Made by a program: the position numbers and the translations under genes. From Phycisphaerae bacterium (GTDB lineage Bacteria > Planctomycetota > Phycisphaerae > SM23-33), in NCBI GenBank assembly GCA_046538345.1, contig JBKHJB010000002.1, forward strand, positions 1 through 37,854: a stretch of 37,854 bases of DNA, read 5' to 3'. Position 1 is the first letter of the stretch. Every line of letters starts with the position of its first letter. The notes under the pieces were generated by a model. It saw only the letters and a program-made list of their open reading frames with translations. It did not search any database and was not told the DNA's origin. Shown one piece after another: positions 32,266 through 37,854 of the stretch.

Positions 32266-33231
32266 ATGGACGCAACGGAGATCCCACTGGGAGAACTCGA
32301 CGAACGCGCTTTCATCGACGAGCAGGTAAGCGCCATCGCAGACGCCGTCGGAGACGGTCGGGCCGTCAACGCCCTTTCCGGCGGTGTGGACTCGGCCGTG
32401 GTCACCATGCTCGCGCATAAGGCGCTGGGGGATAAACTCACCACCTACTTCATCGACAACGGGCTTATGCGAGCCGACGAACCGCAGTGGACCGTGGACT
32501 TGTTCGCCAAGCTGGGCGTTCCGGTGGAGCTGATCGACGCAAAGGAGCAGTTCTTCGCGTCGCTTAAGGGCGTCACCGACCCGGAAGAAAAGCGCCAGGC
32601 GATTACCGACACTTTTTACAAGAACGTCTTCGCCCGGCTGGTCCGCGAAAGCGGGGCGACGCATCTGCTCCAGGGCACAAACTTCACCGATGTCGAGGAG
32701 ACCGTCGCCGGCATCAAGCGGCAGCACAACATCCTCGCTCAGCTCGGCATCGATACCGAGAGTGAGTACGGATACGTCGTTATGGAGCCGATTATCCAGC
32801 TCCGCAAGACGGCCGTGCGTCGCGTCGGCAAAGCGCTGGGCCTGCCCGAGGAGCTATACAACCGCCCGCCCTTCCCCGGACCGGCGCTTTCCGTCAGGGT
32901 CGTCGGCGAGGCGACGCCGGATCGCATCGAAACCGTCCGAAAGGCGACGCGTATCGTCGAGCAGGAGCTTTCCGAAACCGGCGCGTTCCAATATCTGGCG
33001 ATACTCCACGCCGACCGCGTAACGGGCATCCGCGACGGCAAGCGCGATTACGGACTGCAGATAGAGGTCCGCTGCTGGGAGAGCGAGGACGCCGTCACCG
33101 CAGAGCCGACCGAGCTGACCTGGCGGACGCTGAAGCAATTCTCCGGTCGCATCACCGCCGAGGTTCCCGGCGTCGTGAGCGTGACCTACAACATCACCAC
33201 CAAGCCGCCGTCCACCATAGAGGCCATCTGA
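32266..33231 (+). CDS. guaA: GMP synthase-type ATP pyrophosphatase plus dimerisation domain, stand-alone (no glutamine amidotransferase domain)
   Basis: PP-loop SGGVDSAVV, FIDNGLMRADE, VTDPEEKRQAI, LLQGTNFTDVEE, RPPFPGPALSVRV, C-terminal KPPSTIEAI (compare canonical KPPATIEWE). The ATG at 32266 is 9 nt after AAGGAG. At 321 aa it corresponds only to the C-terminal two-thirds of fused GuaA. Confidence 0.8.
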   Translation: MDATEIPLGELDERAFIDEQVSAIADAVGDGRAVNALSGGVDSAVVTMLAHKALGDKLTTYFIDNGLMRADEPQWTVDLFAKLGVPVELIDAKEQFFASLKGVTDPEEKRQAITDTFYKNVFARLVRESGATHLLQGTNFTDVEETVAGIKRQHNILAQLGIDTESEYGYVVMEPIIQLRKTAVRRVGKALGLPEELYNRPPFPGPALSVRVVGEATPDRIETVRKATRIVEQELSETGAFQYLAILHADRVTGIRDGKRDYGLQIEVRCWESEDAVTAEPTELTWRTLKQFSGRITAEVPGVVSVTYNITTKPPSTIEAI

Positions 33232-33267
33232 GCCACACTACCGGACGAGCAAACAGTGGGAGAGAAA

Positions 33268-34377
33268 ATGGCCGCCAAACTGGTGCTGGAAGACGGAAGC
33301 TGCTTCGAGGGCGTGTCCATAGGCGCCGAGGGCACGTGCACGGCCGAGGTGATACTCAACACCGGCGTGGTGGGATATCAGGAGAACCTCACCGACCCCG
33401 CCAACGCAGGCAAGATTCTCGTGCCCACCTATCCGCTGATCGGCAACACCGGCGTCGCGGAGAAATTCTCGCTTTCGGCGAGGGCGTCCTGCGGAGCGGT
33501 CGTTATCAAGGAGCTGAGCAGTGTTCCGTCAAACTTCCAGTCCGAGGGCACGCTGGATGGTTTCCTCGCGGAACGCGGGATGATCGGAATCGCCGGTGTG
33601 GATACCCGTGCGGTGGCGGTGACGATACGCGATAAGGGCGAACAGGTCGGCATCGTCTCCACCGACGATTGCGGCGCCGACGAGTTGCTCACACGCCTCC
33701 GCGAGCAGAAAGATTCCATCCGCCGCGACCGGATAAGCGAGCTGAGCGTTTCCGAGCCGACCAAAGTATCCGCCGGGTCCGGTCCGAGCGTGGCGGTGGT
33801 GGATCTGGGCGTCCGGGCCGATTTGACGGCACAACTGACGGCGCTGGATCTGGACATCACGCTTCTGCCTTTCAACACGCCCGCCGAGACCATTCTCGAA
33901 GGCGGCTACGAGGCGGTGGTCTTCACCTCCGGACCGGAGGAGGACGAGGCGGTCGCAGCCGTGGCGCAGCAAGCGGCTAAGCTGCTGGGCAAGCTCCCGT
34001 TGCTCGGCGCGGGCGTGGGGCACGAGGTGCTTGCACTCGCCTGCGGGGCGAAGCTTACCTGCCTGCCGGTAGGCCATCGCGGGGCGAACTACCCGGCCCG
34101 CGAGCCGGATAACTTCAACGGCGAGATTACCGTCCAGAACCACCGCTACGTCGTCGAGCGTGATTCATTGGGCGACGACCCGACCGTGACGCTTATCAAC
34201 GTGAACGACGAGACCGTGGAGGAGATCGCCTCCCGACGGCTGCGGCTGCTGTCCACGCAGACCGTCCCCGCCGCCGCGCCCGGCGAGATCCATCACGTAT
34301 TTACCCGATTCGCAGGAATGGTTCGCAACCAGGAGGACCCCACGTGCCGAAGCGCACCGACATCCACAAAGTCCTGA
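33268..34377 (+). CDS. carA: Carbamoyl-phosphate synthase small subunit homolog with an apparently inactive glutaminase domain
   Basis: N-terminal CarA domain [57 protein letters not shown]. The GATase half aligns to E. coli CarA, but GICLGHQ is GAGVGHE and FQGHPEASPGP is [14 protein letters not shown] at 33268 follows GGGAGAG. Overlaps carB by 34 nt. Confidence 0.85.
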   Translation: MAAKLVLEDGSCFEGVSIGAEGTCTAEVILNTGVVGYQENLTDPANAGKILVPTYPLIGNTGVAEKFSLSARASCGAVVIKELSSVPSNFQSEGTLDGFLAERGMIGIAGVDTRAVAVTIRDKGEQVGIVSTDDCGADELLTRLREQKDSIRRDRISELSVSEPTKVSAGSGPSVAVVDLGVRADLTAQLTALDLDITLLPFNTPAETILEGGYEAVVFTSGPEEDEAVAAVAQQAAKLLGKLPLLGAGVGHEVLALACGAKLTCLPVGHRGANYPAREPDNFNGEITVQNHRYVVERDSLGDDPTVTLINVNDETVEEIASRRLRLLSTQTVPAAAPGEIHHVFTRFAGMVRNQEDPTCRSAPTSTKS

Positions 34378-37300
34378 TGATCGGCTCCGGGCCTATTGTC
34401 ATCGGACAGGCGTGCGAGTTCGACTATTCCGGCTCACAGGCGTGTAAGGCGCTCCGCGAGGAGGGCTATTACACCATCCTGGTCAACTCCAACCCCGCGA
34501 CCATCATGACGGACCCGGAGATGGCCGACGTGACCTACGTCGAGCCGTTGACGGTCGCCGCCGTCACCGAAATCATCAGGAAGGAACGCCCCGACGCCGT
34601 CCTGCCCACGCTCGGCGGCCAGACCGGGCTGAACCTGGCGTACTTCCTGATGCAACAGGGTGTGCTGGAGGAGTACGGAGTCGAGTCCATAGGCGCAGAC
34701 GTCGAGGCCATCGCCCGCGCCGAAGACCGCGACAAGTTCAAGCAGGCGATGGCGGAGGTAGGCGTCAAGACCCCCGCCAGCGCCATCGCCACCAGCGTCG
34801 AAGAGGGTCTGCGAATCGGCAAAGAGATCGGCTTTCCGCTGATTCTGCGCCCGGCCTATACGCTGGGCGGGACCGGCGGCGGGACCGCCTACAACACCGA
34901 GGAGCTGAACGAGGTGCTGCGCAGCGCCATCGCCGCCAGTCCGGTCCAGCAGGTGCTCGTCGAACAATCCGTCCTCGGCTGGAAGGAAATCGAGTTCGAG
35001 GTGATGCGCGACTGCGCAGACAACGTCATAATGGTCACCTCCATGGAAAACATTGACCCCATGGGGGTGCATACGGGCGACTCGGCCGTGGTGGCGCCGT
35101 CGCAGACGCTCTCGGCCGAGGAGTACGCCGAGTTCGTCCACCTTTCCAACAGGATTATCCGCAAGATCGGCATCACCGGCGGCGGCGCGAACATCCAGTA
35201 CGCCCAGAATCCCGAAACGGGGGAAATAGTAATCATTGAGGTCAACCCCCGCCTGAGCCGCTCCTCCGCACTGGCGAGCAAGGCGACGGGCTTCCCCATC
35301 GCGCGTGTGGCGACCAAGCTGGCCGTCGGTCTGACTCTACCGGAGGTGACCAACGACGTAACCGGCTGCACGACCGCATACTTCGAACCGACGGTCGATT
35401 ACTGCGTATTCAAAATCTGCCGCTTCACCTTTGAAAAATTCCCACAGGCCCAGCCGGTTCTCAGCACGTCCATGAAGGCCGTCGGGGAGGCCATGTCCAT
35501 CGGGCGGAACTTCCGCGAGGCGCTGCAGAAAGGCATCCGTTCGACGGAGATGGCCCGGTTCGGACTCGGCGCCGACGGCAAGGACAAGATTGCCGACGAG
35601 CAGCTCGCCGAGCCGTCGCACGACATCGCCGAGCACGTCAAGGACAAGATACGCACACCCAACGACCAGCGCCTGTTCTATCTGCGCTACGGGCTGAAGA
35701 TGGGCCTGAGCGTTGATGAGATATTCGAGCTTAGCCACATCGACCGCTGGTTCCTGGAGAACATCCGCCAGATTGTCGAGCTGGAGGACGAGCTTAAGAC
35801 CCACCGCCGTGACGGAGAGGTAAGCATCGACGATGAGCTGCTGCTGCGGGCCAAGGCGTGGGGCTTCTCGGACCGTCAGCTTGCCTGCCTGCTGGGCGTC
35901 ACAGAAGAGGAAATCCGCTCTCACCGCCGAGGCCGCGGGATAAAGCCCGTCTATAAACTCGTGGACACCTGCGCGGGCGAGTTCACGGCCGAGCGACCCT
36001 ACTACTACTCCACCTACGAGAGCACCAACGAGAGCGTGCCCTCCGACAACCGCAAGGTCCTCATCCTCGGCGGCGGTCCGAACCGCATCGGTCAGGGCAT
36101 TGAGTTCGACTACTGCTGCTGCCACGCCTCCTTCGCTTTGCGGGAGCAGGGGCTGGACAGCATCATGGTCAACTGCAACCCCGAGACCGTCTCCACGGAC
36201 TACGACACCTCGACCAAGCTGTACTTCGAGCCGCTGACAGTGGAGGACGTGCTGGAGATTATCGACCTGGAGAAGCCCGAGGGCGTCATCGTGCAGTTCG
36301 GCGGGCAGACTCCGCTGAGCATCGCCGTGCCGCTGGAAAAGGCCGGCGTGAATATCCTCGGAACCAGCCCGGACGCCATCGACCGCGCCGAAGACCGCAA
36401 GCGCTTCCAGGCGATGCTGCGCAAGCTGGACCTGCTCCAGCCGGACAACGACACCGCCAGCAGCTACGACGAGGCGCTGGCGATAGCGCGGCGCATCGGC
36501 TACCCGGTGGTGGTGCGTCCGAGCTACGTTCTGGGCGGTCGGGCTATGGAAATCTGCTACGATGAGGACGACCTCGAGGGCTACATGGAGAAAGCCGTCG
36601 AGGCCTCGCCCGAGCATCCGGTGCTGCTGGATAAGTTCCTCGAGGACGCCGTGGAGGTGGACGTGGACGCGGTCTGCGACAGCAGGCAGTGCGTCATAGG
36701 CGGAATCATGGAGCACATCGAGGAGGCGGGCATCCACTCCGGCGACAGCGCGATGGTCCTGCCGCCCTACACTCTCGCCGCGGACACCATCGACCGAATC
36801 CGCCGCTACACCGTGGCGATGGCCTTGGAGCTGGGCGTCAAGGGTCTGCTGAACGTCCAGTATGCCGTGAAGAACGACGTGGTGTACATCCTGGAGGTCA
36901 ACCCCCGCGCCAGCCGGACGGTTCCGTTTATCAGCAAGGCGATCGGCTCGCCGCTGGCGACAATCGCCACGAAGGTGATGATGGGTCAGACGCTCGAGGA
37001 GCTTGGCTTCACCAGCGAGCGGAAGATAGACCACTTCGCGGTGAAAGAGTCGGTGTTCCCGTTCTCGCGGTTCGCGGGCGTGGACGCCCTGCTGGGCCCG
37101 GAGATGAAATCCACCGGCGAGGTTATGGGCGTGGACGCGTCGTTCGGCGCCGCCTATGTCAAAAGCCAGATAGCGGCCGGGCAGAACCTCCCTACCGAGG
37201 GCAACGTCTTCGTCAGCGTCCGCAATCAGGACAAGCGAAAGGTGGTCTCCATCGCCCGGAAACTCGCCGACATGGGGTTCAATCTGCTAGCGACGCACGG

Positions 37301-37619
37301 AACAGCCGAGGTGCTGCGGCGCAACGACATACCCGTCGAGGCGTTACCGAAGCTCCAGGAAGGCCGGCCCAACATAGTCGATTACATCAAGGACCACCGC
37401 GTGCAGTTGATCATCAACACGCCGTCGGGCAAGATGACCCGCCAGCACGAGCGGGAAATCCGCTCGCACGCGATCCTCTACTCCGTGCCGCTGATAACGA
37501 CCATCGCCGGCGCGGATGCTTCGGTCAACGGCATAGAGCACCTCAAACGCCGCCCTGGTGTCACCGTCAAGTCGCTGCAGGAATACCACGCGGAGATGGA
37601 GGCCGAACAAACCGCCTGA
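34344..37619 (+). CDS. carB: Carbamoyl-phosphate synthase large subunit
   Basis: GTG start giving (M)[41 protein letters not shown]. Two ATP-grasp halves (the second begins [25 protein letters not shown]), an oligomerisation domain and a C-terminal MGS-like domain. Full length, 1091 aa. Confidence 0.97.
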   Translation: MPKRTDIHKVLMIGSGPIVIGQACEFDYSGSQACKALREEGYYTILVNSNPATIMTDPEMADVTYVEPLTVAAVTEIIRKERPDAVLPTLGGQTGLNLAYFLMQQGVLEEYGVESIGADVEAIARAEDRDKFKQAMAEVGVKTPASAIATSVEEGLRIGKEIGFPLILRPAYTLGGTGGGTAYNTEELNEVLRSAIAASPVQQVLVEQSVLGWKEIEFEVMRDCADNVIMVTSMENIDPMGVHTGDSAVVAPSQTLSAEEYAEFVHLSNRIIRKIGITGGGANIQYAQNPETGEIVIIEVNPRLSRSSALASKATGFPIARVATKLAVGLTLPEVTNDVTGCTTAYFEPTVDYCVFKICRFTFEKFPQAQPVLSTSMKAVGEAMSIGRNFREALQKGIRSTEMARFGLGADGKDKIADEQLAEPSHDIAEHVKDKIRTPNDQRLFYLRYGLKMGLSVDEIFELSHIDRWFLENIRQIVELEDELKTHRRDGEVSIDDELLLRAKAWGFSDRQLACLLGVTEEEIRSHRRGRGIKPVYKLVDTCAGEFTAERPYYYSTYESTNESVPSDNRKVLILGGGPNRIGQGIEFDYCCCHASFALREQGLDSIMVNCNPETVSTDYDTSTKLYFEPLTVEDVLEIIDLEKPEGVIVQFGGQTPLSIAVPLEKAGVNILGTSPDAIDRAEDRKRFQAMLRKLDLLQPDNDTASSYDEALAIARRIGYPVVVRPSYVLGGRAMEICYDEDDLEGYMEKAVEASPEHPVLLDKFLEDAVEVDVDAVCDSRQCVIGGIMEHIEEAGIHSGDSAMVLPPYTLAADTIDRIRRYTVAMALELGVKGLLNVQYAVKNDVVYILEVNPRASRTVPFISKAIGSPLATIATKVMMGQTLEELGFTSERKIDHFAVKESVFPFSRFAGVDALLGPEMKSTGEVMGVDASFGAAYVKSQIAAGQNLPTEGNVFVSVRNQDKRKVVSIARKLADMGFNLLATHGTAEVLRRNDIPVEALPKLQEGRPNIVDYIKDHRVQLIINTPSGKMTRQHEREIRSHAILYSVPLITTIAGADASVNGIEHLKRRPGVTVKSLQEYHAEMEAEQTA

Positions 37620-37732
37620 CCACAGAGACCACGGAGGACACGGAGAGAAACCGCTAACAAAGCCGCCGGGCTTCTTACGAAAGCCCCAAGCGTCAGCTTT
37701 TCCCGTGCGGTGACGCGTGAAGCACCCCCACG

Positions 37733-37854
37733 TCAACCCGGGCTGGCCCCCTCCATATGATTCCGCACATTTCGCTCGGCCGAGGTAAGCTCCTCGTCCA
37801 TCTCGCCGCCGAGGCGCTTGTATGCGGCGATATCGTCGCGGGCGTCGGGCCAGC
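37733..37854 (-). CDS. 3' end (last 40 codons) of an unidentified gene entering from the right edge
   Basis: Open frame from the window edge: ...WPDARDDIAAYKRLGGEMDEELTSAERNVRNHMEGASPG, ending at TGA (37733-37735). Third-position GC bias is consistent with coding. Convergent with carB. No function assignable. Confidence 0.4.
   Translation of the reverse strand, partial: WPDARDDIAAYKRLGGEMDEELTSAERNVRNHMEGASPG

Noticed and set aside
37659-37673. Short hairpin AAGCC-GCCG-GGCTT after carB as an intrinsic terminator
   Set aside because: Only a 5-bp stem with no U-tract, which is too weak to call. The convergent gene end at 37733 leaves termination unresolved.
37344-37736. 130-aa minus-strand ORF overlapping the 3' end of carB
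   Set aside because: It starts at a TTG, most of it is antisense to the well-supported carB C-terminus, and it has a low-complexity R/G-rich composition. The neighbouring frame, which ends at TGA 37733-37735, is the more plausible real gene tail.
1-37854. CRISPR arrays, tRNA/rRNA genes, insertion sequences, integrases, phage or toxin-antitoxin/defence modules
   Set aside because: I saw no periodic direct repeats, cloverleaf-compatible segments, terminal inverted repeats, or transposase, recombinase or nuclease motifs. GC content looks uniform by eye, so there is no evidence that the window is a mobile island.

Overview
High-GC bacterial chromosomal segment with dense coding and Shine-Dalgarno-type ribosome binding sites. 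The gene content and the very large multidomain envelope proteins suggest a PVC/Planctomycetota-like organism, but that is only an inference. I support about 24 protein-coding genes. I saw no rRNA, tRNA, CRISPR array, transposase, integrase or phage genes.

The left 15 kb (2100-15436, minus strand) is the standout. It is a six-gene, translationally coupled operon. Two paralogous MacB/FtsE-type ABC ATPases bracket four membrane proteins:
- a 1082-aa polytopic membrane protein with a ~420-aa charged helical insert;
- a 1913-aa giant protein: signal peptide or anchor, M28-like/PA ectodomain with two inserted LysM modules and a coiled coil, tandem FtsX-type membrane modules, and an unknown cytosolic tail;
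- a 686-aa OPT-like polytopic paralog of the first membrane protein;
- a minimal 4-TM FtsX permease with essentially no ectodomain.
I cannot match this combination to any characterised type VII ABC system. I propose it as a candidate novel peptidoglycan-directed mechanotransmission and peptide-uptake machine.

The rest of the window is mostly housekeeping or accessory metabolism:
- GH42-like hydrolase;
- aminotransferase plus omega-amidase pair;
- GAF/HD-GYP protein;
- CDF transporter;
- FolM-like SDR-folB-folK;
- Kelch/NanM-like propeller fused to a sodium:solute symporter;
- Fe-S flavoprotein;
- non-pyrrolysine MttB-family methyltransferase;
- fpg;
- M50/CBS protease;
- operon of a GATase-less GuaA-type ATP pyrophosphatase, carA and carB.

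In carA the glutaminase catalytic triad appears fully substituted (Cys->Gly, His->Val, Glu->Ala). All functional calls come from reading motifs by eye. No database search was possible.
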